A stretch of 64,000 bases of DNA from Yuukianura sp. NJ FZ-2021 (GCA_046563655.1 CM102290.1:248001-312000); one strand, 5' to 3'. Counted from the stretch's first letter, positions 39,401 through 50,474 are shown. Notes: generated by a model from the letters alone, not told the origin. Program-made: numbers and translations.

Positions 39401-42400
39401 CAGAGAAGATGCAACGAAAGTCCAACTTCATTGGCCAACCAACTTGGCTCTCAATCTCGTCGAAAACAAGCTTTTGTTCATTGACGAAGGCCATCTTTTT
39501 CAATTGACGCGGGACAATCAAGTGGAACGTGTGTTGAAATGTGACACGGAAGTCAAAATTACACGCCCAATTATTGATGTTGCATTTAGCCCCAGAGGTC
39601 AACTGTTTTTCCTCACAGAAGATTCTCAGTTGTATACACTGAAGGCCGAGGGGAAACCGGGCTTAGTTTTGACCGATTACTTGGCGCCATATTTTGAATC
39701 TGGACAAGGGATTCGGAACAACCTTGATTCTGGAGCAGCTTCTGCTCTAAGTATTGGGCCAGACAGTACCGTTTACGTTGCAGATCAAGCCCATTTGGAA
39801 ATTAAGCAAATTTCGTCATACCTGCCTGAACCAAATGCAAACGGTGACTACGAAGTTGTTTTTCCAGCAACAGGTGAAGTATACATTTTCAATCGTTATG
39901 GACAGCACACTCTAACGAGAGATGTCAAATCTGGACGAACAATCTACACTTTTCTGTACACAAAGAACACAAGTTACGGAAAACTATCGAAGATCAGCGA
40001 TGGTGCGGAGAATAAAATTCTGTTCCTGCGAGACTACTCTTCAGTTGTTTCGACAATAGAAAATACACAAGGCAAAAAATCTACGCTAAGAATCAATCGG
40101 TTGGGCCGTTTGACCCATTTTCAAGAACTGGAAAATTCTGATGTTCGACTGGAGTATTCCGATGATGGACTTTTGGTGGCCAAACTATCATCAAGAGGTG
40201 TCAGTTCGTTGTACTTTTATGATGGATTTGGAAGAGTCAAGAGAGTCATTGGGCCAACCGGGGTCATCCACACGCTGGACTACTCTATGAATGGAGCCTC
40301 TGTTCAGCTCCGGGTACAAGATTCGATTAGATCCGGATTCACACTGTTTCGGTTCAATCGAGATGATGACAGCAATGTTGTAAGTATTCAACATCAACAA
40401 GATGACGAAAATGTACTGAGCAAAAAGAGTGCTGTGACGGACAACCGAAATGGAACTTTTCGTCTGGAAACTGACGGTGGATATATGATGGTCGGCATGT
40501 CAAGAGGCTCTTTTCCACTTCTTCGAAATGTCAAGTTCATGAAAGCACCTTCAGTTCAACAACTTTATGATCCGGAAGGTTCACCTAGACTGGGAAACAA
40601 GCTGGAGTGGAAGTACAGTTTACTTGGGCCGGAACGACATCTCGATCGCCAACTCTGGATAAACGATACACGCATTCTGTCGTTCGAATTTGACCCAACT
40701 TTGACCCGGGAAATCGTTTATAACCAAGATCGTGAACGAATTTTTTCGGTTCAATACGACCGTGCCGGATCACCACTTGCTTATACTCCATCAGCTGTTA
40801 ATAGTCAAGACTTAAGATTTCCACTGAACATATCCTATGACCGATTCAATCGAATTGACAAATGGAAGTGGGGTAGACGACGAGGAGAACAGTTAACATA
40901 CGATCGAAATGGATTCACAACACAAGTTCGGAATTTGGACGACATTGTTCTTCGCTCAATCGACTACAATGACCAAGGGCTCCCTTCTAAAATTACTCTC
41001 AATTCTTCCAGAACATTCACTGTTCAGTATGACTCGGCTGGTGGCCTAAGATCCATGGACATGCCAAATGGAAACCGACACTCTTGGTCCATGCAACATT
41101 CCGTTGGTTACACCAAAGTAGTTTACCAACCGCCTGGCTACAGTCCGCAAAGGAACGCTTTTGTGAAGCACTTCAATGCTGAAGGGCTCCTAGAAAGTGT
41201 TTGGTTACCACCCGACTGTGGTCGAATTCTGTACCACTATGACTACCTCAAGAGACCAGCAATGGTTTTGTACAGTGAAGGCAAGATTGTCTACAAATAC
41301 CGAGGAGTCATGACGACCGTAACAGCTTCTGGTGGCAAAGTTGACCTCACGACGACAATTCAAAACAACAAAATGAACAAACCTGTACAGGAGAAACACG
41401 AGTTTGGGGCCAAAAGTGGATTTGGTTCAGCGACGTTCATCTATGACTATGACAACAACTTCCGTCCAGTTCTAATCAAGTCCAGAGTCGGTGGTCATCC
41501 AATTGACTTTCCGTTGAGCTACTCTGCCAAAACAGGAAAGTTAGATCAAATTGGAAACTTCAGAATAACAAGAACAGGAACCAATGAGAGCTCAATTTTC
41601 GATGGAGTGGCCATTTTCAGTCGGCTGGTCAACGGTTATGGTCAACCCCTTCATCTGTCACTGACCATCCAAGCCATGGAAGTATTTCGGATCGACTACA
41701 CTTACACACCCAGTTCTGGACGAATTCATCAAATGCGAGTTGTAACCAAGACGACAGCGGCTTTTGCTGAACAAACTTATGCTCCTCTGCGTAATTTCTC
41801 ATTTGATGGAGATGGACAACTGATTAGCGCCGATGCTGTGGATCCCTGGAAATTTGAGTACGATGGAAACGGAAATTTGAAGAGTTTGACTTACCGTGGA
41901 AATAAAATTTCGTTGGAGTACAATCAACAGGATCAGATTCTGCGCTTTGCTGATGGAATCTACAAGTACGACTGCGCTGGTCGAGTAGTTCATAATGCCA
42001 ATGAAGAGTTCTTTAGCTACAATAGCCTCGGGCAGTTGAAGAGGGCTTCCAAACGGGGGAGATTTGACATTGAGTATTTCTATGACCACGAAGGAAGACT
42101 GGCCGGACGGAAGGACAACCATGGCAACATCACGCAGTACTTTTATGCTGACGTTGTGCGTCGTGACCTCGTGACGCATGTGTACAATCCAAAAGAAAAC
42201 CGCCTTCTTCATTTTGTTTACGACGACGATAAGCGCCTTATTTTCTTTCAAGTGAACCGTGGAGAGAACTTTTACGTGGCCACGGATCACTGGGGAACGC
42301 CGTTCCTTGCCTTCAACCAATACGGTCTCCTCCTGAGAGAAGTGTCACGTGGTCCCTATGGCCATATTGTCTACGACTCCGATCCAACTTTCTATTTGCC

Positions 42401-43808
42401 CATAGACTTCGCCGGTGGAATCTTAGATAAGGTATGATTTTTGAATTTTGGACATAATTTTTCAGTTTTTGAACATTTTTTTGAAAAATGACGCTGACAA
42501 ATCTGTCTTTTAGGTAACTTTACTAGTCCATACGAGAGAGAAACGAGTCTACGACCCTCTGATTGGTCAATTCCTGACGCCAAATTTGAACCAAGGAGAA
42601 CAGAATCTTCGATGTCCTGAAAAAGTGCAACTCTATCGTTTCAATGGAAATGATCCCATCAATCTTCCTCAATCCACACCTTCCATTGGTACTCAAATTT
42701 TCAACATATACCATTTTTAGTTTATTTATTTTCAACATATACCATTTTTAGTATTTTTATTTTCAACATATACCATTTCTAGTTTATTTATTTTCAACAT
42801 ATACCATTTTTAGTATTTTCATTTTCAACATATACCATTTTTAGTACTTTTATTTTAGTATTTTGAGGTACTCAAAATTTTCATTTTTTTCAAAATTTTA
42901 TGTTAATTTTTTAAATTCTGTTTTTTGTCTTTGCAGATCACGAGAACTGGCTCCAGCATCTTGGTTACGACATGGAGTCACTGTCTCCGCAGTTGTTTCA
43001 AGATCATGTCGGTCTCCGTGCTGGAATGCAAGATGATGTTGTCATCTCTGGTCTCGAGAGTCGAATTGTAGAAAAAGCCTTCGACACGTCTCTTCTGGAG
43101 ACAGTTCGTCACAGTCAAGTAGCCCAGTCAACTCTCATTCCAAACCCATCCGCAAGTTTAGCCCAAGTAGACCCGCCTCTTGGCAAAAACATTGTTCTGA
43201 GTCGCACTGGAGATGGGAAGGGGATGATCTCGTCCTGTCCATTCTGTACCTCAAACCGTGTTGACCGAGACGTCTTTACTCAAATCCTCAACGGAAGTGA
43301 GTTCCTGTCCTACGTGTCCCACTCTCCCGGTCAAGACGTGTTCCACTTCGTCAAGAAAGAACTTTGGAAGGCCTCCGATGACCTCGCTGACCTCAAGAGA
43401 CTCGAAGGCCTTGTCAATGTCACCGTCCATGACAGATCTGAAGAGAAGGCCAAGGGAGACCAGACGATTGAACTCAAAATTCATCTGTCGGGGGCCTTGA
43501 TCTTCCTCAAGTACGGAACAACAGAAGCCAAGGAACAGGCTCGTCTGCTCCATCATGCCAAAACGACTGCAACAAAGAAGGCGTGGGCCCTTCTCAAGGA
43601 CTCCTTCACCCTAGGAATCCCTAATGCAGAGTTCACTTCAGCCGAGAGAGAAAGTATTCTGAAGAATGGACACCTCTCGACCCATCATCCAGAGTTCCTC
43701 CATGACCCTGACAAGTTTATAATCTTTGCAGATGACCCACTCAATGTCAAGTTCCTCAAAAAGTCCAAATCTCCCAGAAATCGAAACTCAAACAATCAAC
43801 AAAAGTAA
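15313..43808 (+). CDS. Ten-a: Teneurin-a (type II transmembrane adhesion protein), 5'-partial, spliced
   Basis: Phase-consistent GT-AG exons: 15313-15463, 25080-25369, 28578-28712, 28807-29433, 29824-30018, 30729-30819, 31155-31273, 33682-33870, 34928-35077, 35151-35358, (36164-36190 optional), 36825-36944, 37392-37692, 38212-38858, 38933-39017, 39090-42431, 42514-42688, 42937-43808 (TAA). They sum to ~2,570 codons in one frame. Domain order is TM helix, 8 EGF repeats, Cys-rich region, NHL propeller, YD/RHS shell, Tox-GHH-like tail. Motifs [36 protein letters not shown] and [19 protein letters not shown] match arthropod Ten-a as I recall it. No upstream exons were found in the window. Confidence 0.93.
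15561..15798. repeat. Degenerate ~105-bp-period repeat
   Basis: CCGGCTGAAACGTT(T/C)T(G/T)GCCG at ~15561, ~15672 and ~15768; copies 1 and 3 extend as CCGATATTTT. Confidence 0.7.
17608..17738. repeat. ~33-bp degenerate tandem repeat, about 4 copies
   Basis: Variants of TGTCTCATTTTGCCCCAAATCTT. Confidence 0.7.
25080..25369 (+). CDS. Ten-a: Teneurin-a transmembrane exon
   Basis: Encodes YSPARF...[26 protein letters not shown] (hydrophobic helix); canonical splice sites tttgcag| and |gtaact. Confidence 0.9.
27778..27941. repeat. 41-bp tandem repeat, 4 near-identical copies
   Basis: Unit ACAAAGTTG(G/T)GCTTTTCCCGCCACCAGGATTTCAAATTCGG starting at 27778, 27819, 27860 and 27901. Confidence 0.95.
29479..29678. 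mobile_element. Probable degenerate TTAA-targeting (piggyBac-like) MITE, 200 bp
   Basis: TTAA|CAGGTTGGCTAATACCT ... AGGTAGTACTCGACCTG|TTAA (13/17 inverted match), with internal TTGGTATCAA repeats. Confidence 0.5.
31347..31420 (-). pseudogene. tRNA-derived fragment (SINE head or tRNA pseudogene)
   Basis: Minus strand reads GCTC-AATGGTGA-GAGC (D arm), TTACC-CGGGAAA-GGTAA (anticodon-like arm) and CTGGG-TTCGCGT-ACCAG (T arm, degenerate B box). The acceptor stem does not pair, so it is not a functional tRNA. Confidence 0.6.
36164..36190 (+). CDS. Ten-a: Teneurin-a 27-nt cassette microexon (S)HFWSSFEH(R)
   Basis: Pyrimidine tract plus tag|TCACTTTTGGAGCTCTTTCGAGCATCG|gtaagt. It is 27 nt, phase 2-2 like the flanking exons, and resembles the FWSSF insert I recall from other arthropod Ten-a isoforms. 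Confidence 0.75.
37056..37295. mobile_element. 240-bp non-autonomous hAT-like MITE in a Ten-a intron
   Basis: TIRs TAGGGGTGTAAATCCG ... CGGGTTTACACCCCGA, an exact 8-bp target duplication AGCAAAAT (37048-37055 and 37296-37303), and many internal AATCCG/CGGATT subterminal repeats. Confidence 0.85.
39090..42431 (+). CDS. Ten-a: Teneurin-a giant exon (3,342 nt): NHL beta-propeller end and YD-repeat shell
   Basis: Lies within the 1117-aa ORF; NHL motif PKGLAV...[15 protein letters not shown], many YD dipeptide repeats, and [10 protein letters not shown]. Confidence 0.95.
42698..42852. repeat. 31-bp tandem repeat, 5 copies, in the last Ten-a intron
   Basis: Unit TTTTCAACATATACCATTTTTAGT(T/A)TATTTA with minor variation. 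Confidence 0.9.
42937..43808 (+). CDS. Ten-a: Teneurin-a terminal exon (Tox-GHH/TCAP-like region)
   Basis: [16 protein letters not shown]...[17 protein letters not shown]...KAW...ADDPLNVKF followed by TAA. The preceding exon carries the RHS-core signature [10 protein letters not shown]...[11 protein letters not shown]. Confidence 0.9.
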
Positions 43809-46800
43809 GATCTGCGGAAACTGAATCTCTCAAATGGGAAATTATATTTAATATTTTTATTAACTAACTTTGTTATTTATATAATTACTTTCTAAACAAA
43901 TCATTTTACTTTGTATGACACTTATTAATTGTAATTAGACTTAAATTAGTTCAAACAATTTTTGGGGGGAAATCTATTTCAAAACCAAAAAACAACAGTT
44001 GCTAGTCCCAAAAGTGTCAAAAAGTGTTGAAGTTGGTCTGGAAGCAACGCCTAGAACCGAGTTAAGGTTATAAGTGTTGACAAAAAAAAAGTTTTTTTTT
44101 TGTAAGAATGTTTAACCTTGGACGATTAATTAGTTGAGTATTGCTGTGCTAAAGTGCTGAAGGAGCAGAGGAGTTTGCTTCGCAATTTACTTTTTTTCAA
44201 GTACAAGTTTTGATTTTAAGTAATTAATTTGCTAATTAAGTTCTCTGTAAGGTAAACTACTGCTGCCAAAATGATAAATTCTATTCTATATTTTAAGATA
44301 TAAGACTTTATTTACTAATTAAGTGAGAGAATTCTGTTGAATTCAAGTTCTTGGAGGAAGATGAAGCGATTTAAACTCTGTGCCGGAAAGAATTATATGA
44401 AACTATTTTCTACTTCCTAATTAATTGTAACTTTCAATTAATTAAAAAGTTAAGTTAAAACTTTTAGTTTGTAAGGATAAGTTGGAGGCCAAATAATGTT
44501 TCTATAATGTGCTAATCCCACAGTGTACATAACTCCTCAAACTTACTACTAAACTCCAGAACCAGGTTCCATCCAATATGGCGACACTACTGCTGCACTC
44601 GATTTTTTGTTGTAAAGTAATTAAGGTAATTGATTAACGCTAGCGTTTCAAACTGTCTGATTTCTTTGCGAGATTGCTAAAAGAAAAAAATTAAGCGTTT
44701 TGTATTTGTGCATGCGCTGATCGTGCTACTTTACAACTTAAACTATTAATTGATCTTGCCAAGGGATGGACGCTTTTGAGGGGGCCCTTCGCCAAGGAGC
44801 GGATTGATTCCTTGCAGAACTTCTCAAGTCCAGTGTCTATACTAATCAAGTTACCTAGCCTTAAGCAAATTTTTTTTAAACTAATGACAAATTATAAAGT
44901 TAATTGTGAGTAAAACTGACCTACTACTCTGTTGATGGAAGGAACACAATGTTGCATTCTGGACTTACTTAAAGGTTAAGCATCACTCCTACTCAAATTC
45001 TATATCAATTACAAATTAAATAAATCAACTCGTCTTCATTAATCGGTCTATTAACTCCAATCTTGTTATCATAAAAAAAAATTACTTACAATTTACTTTC
45101 AATTTGACGAATCGCATCACACAAATTTGATTGCGAGCATTGCTTGCGCGTGCTGCATTAAGTCCGAGTGGGTAATTAGTGCGAAAACAAAAAGCGCGAA
45201 TTCTCCAAGTCGGCAACATTGAATACCTATGAACCGGCTTCATTGAAACCTAACACGCCCTTTAAAAAAAAAGCTTACCCGTGTAAGGTTCAGTTCCACT
45301 GCTGCCAACATGCTCAATTCGCGCTTATTATTTTCGCGCTAAAGATCCGCTATGGTCCGCGAGTAACACAGGTAAATTCCCTAATTTTTGTCTATTGTTC
45401 TCTCACAAATTGCAACTGCAATTTGAAAAATGGTTTACCAGATTTGTTGTTAATCTGGATTAAGTAACCTTCACTCAACACAGCTACGACTTCCATAAAT
45501 GAATCCTACGGTTGGTCCCTCGCTAACTTTTGTTGTAAACTGCTGCGATGCAATGCAATCAAGTAAAGGTGCTGTAGTTTTCATCTAATCGACAAACTGG
45601 CAGAGATTAAATTAGTAATCACTTCAATCCTTGATTTCACCAGAAGAACCGCCAGAGTAATCAAACCAGTTTCAGTTTCCATTTAAACTTTTCAGCGGAA
45701 CAAGGTGACAAGCAAGATAATTGGGGATTTTTGGAAAAAAATTAAAAAGTTATACCGCTTAAGCCTCGAATGCTGGGTGTGGCCTTGGAGTGCAGTAGTC
45801 TACTAATTCCATTACTCCGTGCACTCACATTGACAATTCCAGTTTCAAAAGTTTAACTTTTTACTAATGTGCTAAACTCTTTTACCTATTCGTGGCGTCG
45901 TTGCTGGAAGGATCTCCTGAGGACACAGATGGAATGGAAGAGATGAACAATAGAACGGGTATCCAAACTGCTTGTCGTTGTCCCTGGTTTATGTGCTGGT
46001 GTTTACTGCCTTCAAATTAAACTTCATCTTTATCAATCATCATTCCAAATTGGGATTCCCAATTTACACACTTTTCATTGGAAAAGTTGAGCCAAATTCC
46101 TCACGGATTCTGTGAAGTATCGTTTTTTTTTAAATGATGTCAACGACAGGGAACGTCGCCAACGGAGGTTTCATCGGTCGTATTTTGAAGACGACAACAA
46201 TCAAAAAGAGAAAATCGTCGTCGGATAGGTACGATTTTTGTTGAACAATTATTATTGGGGTACCTTGCGAATTTTCGGCTTTTTCGTTGTCCGACGAAAA
46301 GTCAGCTCATTTCCTTTACGCTCCTCCCCTTTTCTTTTTTTTTCTCCATCTTTTTTTTTCCTTTGTCTCCTCAGTCTCATTTTGGTGCTCTGTGGAGAAA
46401 GACGTCGCTATCTGTTTACTCTTCTTTTTTTTTTACTAGTAGTGTACATGTACAACTTGACAGTTACAGTGCCTGTTTCGTAAGTTATTTAATTGAATGG
46501 ACTTCGCGGAAAAAGAGCTTAAAGAATCGAAAACGAGTTTAGCCATTTTTCCGTGAAGCCATTCAATTCATTGACGGTTCGGTAGGTATATGTTCATTGT
46601 CAACGTTTACATACACCGGACAGTCCTAGAATGTATTGGTAGCCGCGATCTGTAAACAAACCAGGCAAGTGCTGACACTGACTATTGTAACTTTGTTTAT
46701 TAGTAGAAACTAATTTACACATTTTTATTCCTTTGCTGTAAAGGCCTTCTGGACTAGAACTGTACGAGACCTTACATAATTTTTAGCTAATTTCATTACT

Positions 46801-46812
46801 GTTCGATCAGCT

Positions 46813-46899
46813 ATGATGGATTGTTGGTTTTTCTGGATTGTGGCAGTACTACCTTGTCAATATTTGCCAATAGTGTGTAGACGCAGGGCCAGACGATAG
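46813..46899 (+). CDS. Candidate small ORF/uORF, 28 aa MMDCWFFWIVAVLPCQYLPIVCRRRARR
   Basis: ATG lies 2 nt after a candidate acceptor (gatcag|ct). Hydrophobic stretch followed by an Arg-rich tail. Below the ORF-track size cutoff; translation is unproven. Confidence 0.35.
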   Translation: MMDCWFFWIVAVLPCQYLPIVCRRRARR

Positions 46900-47332
46900 C
46901 ACGATAGGAGAGGAACGGCTACTGTCAGTTAGGCAGAGACAGTTTATTAACAAAACCAACAATGAATTAACACTTCGTAGTTGTAAAACGCACGACAGAG
47001 TCAGCATCAGGCTCTTCTGTCCATCGACGACAGACGAAGACGGCGACAGTTTAGCAATACGAAGACATAGCTATGACGACATTGGAACGTCGGCATATCA
47101 ATAAGGACCACAGCTCTGTAAAGTTGTTTTCAAACTAGCTCTGTCTTGATGTTTTTTATATCTCTGTGGCCAATTTTTCAACACTAACCTGTTAATTGTA
47201 TAAAAATCAGTGTAGTTGACCTAAGTATTATTGTAAAAGCCTAATAAGTGTTCTGAAACGTTAGCTAACATCACCAATTTCACAATGTTTTCCTGTCTTA
47301 CTCTCAAGTGTATCGACGCCCCCATCATCAAG

Positions 47333-49779
47333 ATGTTCCCGCTTGTTAAATCGTCTTCGGACTCCAATGTCGCCATCGACCGCAAACTACCTCAGGTATC
47401 AACCACTACTGCTCTACAAACCCCGGCAGCAAAACCCACCTTTCAGTATATGGAGATTCATCAAATTGTTCAAGAACCAGCAAGTTTCCAGGGGTTGGAG
47501 CTGGAAACACCAAGTACAAAAGGTACCAAGGAAATACTTTGTCGCAGTGCCGCGTGTGGCCCGAGTCCCGGTTTGAAAAAGAATACCGAAACGTGGATTA
47601 GCAAGCCCATCAAGGCCGGTCGACAACTTACTGTGATGGCTACAGCTCGACGATTGACATTTTCAAATTGCAGTGACCTGCCGGCCGCTGATGCTACTGA
47701 AGAGAATGACTCCGATTATTCAAGTAGTTCAATCTACACCGAGTGAGTTTTAGTATTCCTGCCTATTACATCCATTTTCCTATCCTGCACGTTTTCCGAG
47801 CAGACTTGCGGGCGTATTGAACACATCAGGGGCAAGAACGTTATTAATTGATTAACTAACCTTTTGTTTTTCTGTTTTTATTCTAGTGGCGATTTGTGTA
47901 TTGAACTCAATCAGAGGAACACGGAACTGGAACGCCAGAATAACAAGCTGCTTGCAGATCAGCGTGAGACAACCTCTCAGTTGAACTACAAAGATGACAA
48001 AATCCAATTTCTGGAGGTAAAACATAACATTACAATTCATTTAGTAAGACTGGAATGTTTAATTTTACTTGTATTTGTTTCAGCGCCGTAACGATGCTCT
48101 CGAGCAACAGCTTCGTTCGATCACTCTTGCCATGGATCTAAAAATTGACGACTACCGACAAGTCATACAGCTACAAGCTGAGGAACTGGAAAAGACAAAA
48201 GATGTCCTCAAGACCAAGACAAACAGACTGTCAGTTGTAGAAAAGGAGCTGGTAGCGCTCAAAAAACAAAACGAGGATGCTGCCGCCGAGGTATCATTCA
48301 ACACTTTTTCATTTCTGTAATACTCAGCATTGAAGGAATGACAAACTTCAATTTTTTTTTAGTTCGACAAGGCATATGCGGAAGCTACGTGGAATCAGAA
48401 CGCCCTGCTTGCCGCCAAAAGGGAACACCAGAAGAAAGAGCAAGCAGCCAAGCGACAAAGGAAACTTGACGCTGAAAGGATCGCTCAGCTGGAGCACGAG
48501 AACAGACAACTGCATTCTGATTTGGAAGGAATTAGTGATTATTGCACGGTAAACCTCGGAATTTAGGTTTTACGTAATACGATGTTTATGGCCATGCGTG
48601 TGAGTTTTATTGTTGGTTTTCAGAAATTAGAGCAAGAAAAGACTGATCTGCAAGATGAGCTTGCCCAGAGTACGGTGAATGATAACGCAACGCATTCTCT
48701 ACTGCATCAACTTGAAGTCGATGACGTAAGTCTTAGTTGGGATATTTGACTCCAAACGAAACTATTCAATTAATTGTTGTAATTTGTTTCAAAAGTGCGA
48801 AGGAGACCAAACTTTGGATACCGAAACTCTACTCACGAATGCCTTCCGTCCTGTAGAATCTGAAATGTCGTTGTTTTCTGAACTTCAGTCGTGTTTGGTA
48901 AAAGTTATAATACTTTTGACTCGTGCTAATTGAAATGTTCATTTTGTCTTTTTGTTAATTTCAGGGATCTCAGTTTACCCCAGTAGCTGAAGTGTCAACT
49001 CAAACAGAGGTCCGTTTTTTTCTCAATATGTTCAAGCATATTGTTTGAACTTGGCCCTCACTTTGCTTTGTATTTCCAGGAATTGACGCCGCAAGTATTT
49101 CATACCTGGGAAAGCCCAATCTGTTCCAAGATTGAAGTGGAAGAAGCTCCACAGAAGTTACAACTATCAACGAAGGCTACGCAAACTCAAGCTGAAATTA
49201 CTGCATACACGAAGGCTACACAAACTCAAGACGAAATAACGGCAAATTGTTCTCCAGTTTTACTGAACGGAGAGTGCTCAGTTCCTGTTCCAAAAAAGGT
49301 AGTTATCTACAACAAGTAAATCTTCCTGTAACCAAATTATAATCCTTATAAACTCAAATCCTAAAGCAATATACGTCCCCAAGCGTCCGCGATGGGAAAC
49401 AGTTGAACAGAGTTTCATCTCCACCCTTGGACATCCGACGTCGGCGACCATCTATCCCCAACTCGAAGCCTGTCACTTCCGCCGACAGCCGCAAACATTT
49501 AATTCTGCAGTAAGATTCACATTTCAACTTTTCATGCAACATTTCCACTGTTTAGTATACCTTGCTTTTTGAATTTTTAGATATGGAGATTGGATACTCA
49601 GTGGCGCGTGTTGGCCTTGGGATGGCACAACTACGTGGAATGGACTCATGCGCGGACTGACAATCATCCTGATGCTCCTGGGTTTCCTTATAGCTACCAA
49701 GGTCATCTCGGTTCCATCTTGTGGCCTCAGTGTCCGTACACTGTTTGGACTGTCTCACAAAACCCCACCAAGAATCTGA
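47333..49779 (+). CDS. Uncharacterised tail-anchored coiled-coil protein (~580 aa) with KASH5/LRMP-like C-terminus
   Basis: In-frame exons 47333-47742, 47887-48016, 48084-48290, 48363-48548, 48624-48725, 48796-48897, 48965-49009, 49080-49298, 49367-49509, 49581-49779 (1,743 nt). S/T/P-rich N-terminus, long E/K/Q/L heptad-rich middle, SLFSEL motif, three TQT motifs, then TM LTIILMLLGFLIATKVISVP and tail SCGLSVRTLFGLSHKTPPRI*. The start codon is uncertain (47333 preferred; 47285 looks intronic). Confidence 0.75.
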
Positions 49780-50474
49780 CTACGAAAAAACACATCAAAA
49801 TTAGAAACTGCTTAACAACTTAAATCGTCTCAGGCAGACTACACCGCAAGTGATCAAATCCAAGTTCAACTTTGCATCAAACAAACGACAGAATTTAAAA
49901 AATGCGTTTCCTTTATGGGGAACGAGCTACTTTGTTTTTGCTAAATAAGTGCTACAAACGCTATACTTTTTAAAATAAGAGATATCTTTACCGTCCTCTT
50001 CAAAAAAAAATTCTAACTTATTCCTCTCGGTAGTTAACTTGCCACCTAAAAAAATTACTTTTTCAAATTTTTTGAAATAACGTCTCATAAAAAACTGACC
50101 AACGAAGCAAATGTTTCGAATTAAATTTAAAACTGTTTTCTTTTTATGTAATTTTGTCTGTAATTTTTCTTACTAACGAAAGTATAAGACTTTTTTCAAC
50201 CAAACTTTTTGATACGTTCGCATTACTGTATCGAACTCCTTTACTTGGTATACTCTAACTCTTGTAAGTGACAATAAGAATAGCATCCATTTAAATATTT
50301 CGTCCAGTAACACACCAACTAATTCCTGTATTGCTAACTAATTGATAAATTGCTAGTTCATTGCGAAATTGCTAAGTAATTGCTAATTGGTTGTGAAAGA
50401 AAGTTCCTTACGAAGGCAATTTTGAACACTTTGAAGGCAGCGGTGACGTTCCCCTATCTAAGTACACTGTTGAT

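Noticed and set aside
39084..42437. Bacterial RHS/YD toxin gene or contamination
   Set aside because: It splices in frame to EGF and TM exons and is the standard teneurin ectodomain.
45350..45710. Chain of tiny candidate exons (donor 45372, acceptors 45483, 45643, 45695)
   Set aside because: Splice-like signals suggest 5' UTR exons of some transcript, but I could not build a consistent coding model.
49590..49823. 77-aa ORF as the last exon of the coiled-coil gene
   Set aside because: Splice phase (CA|A) selects another frame, which gives the TM and KASH-like tail and ends at 49779.
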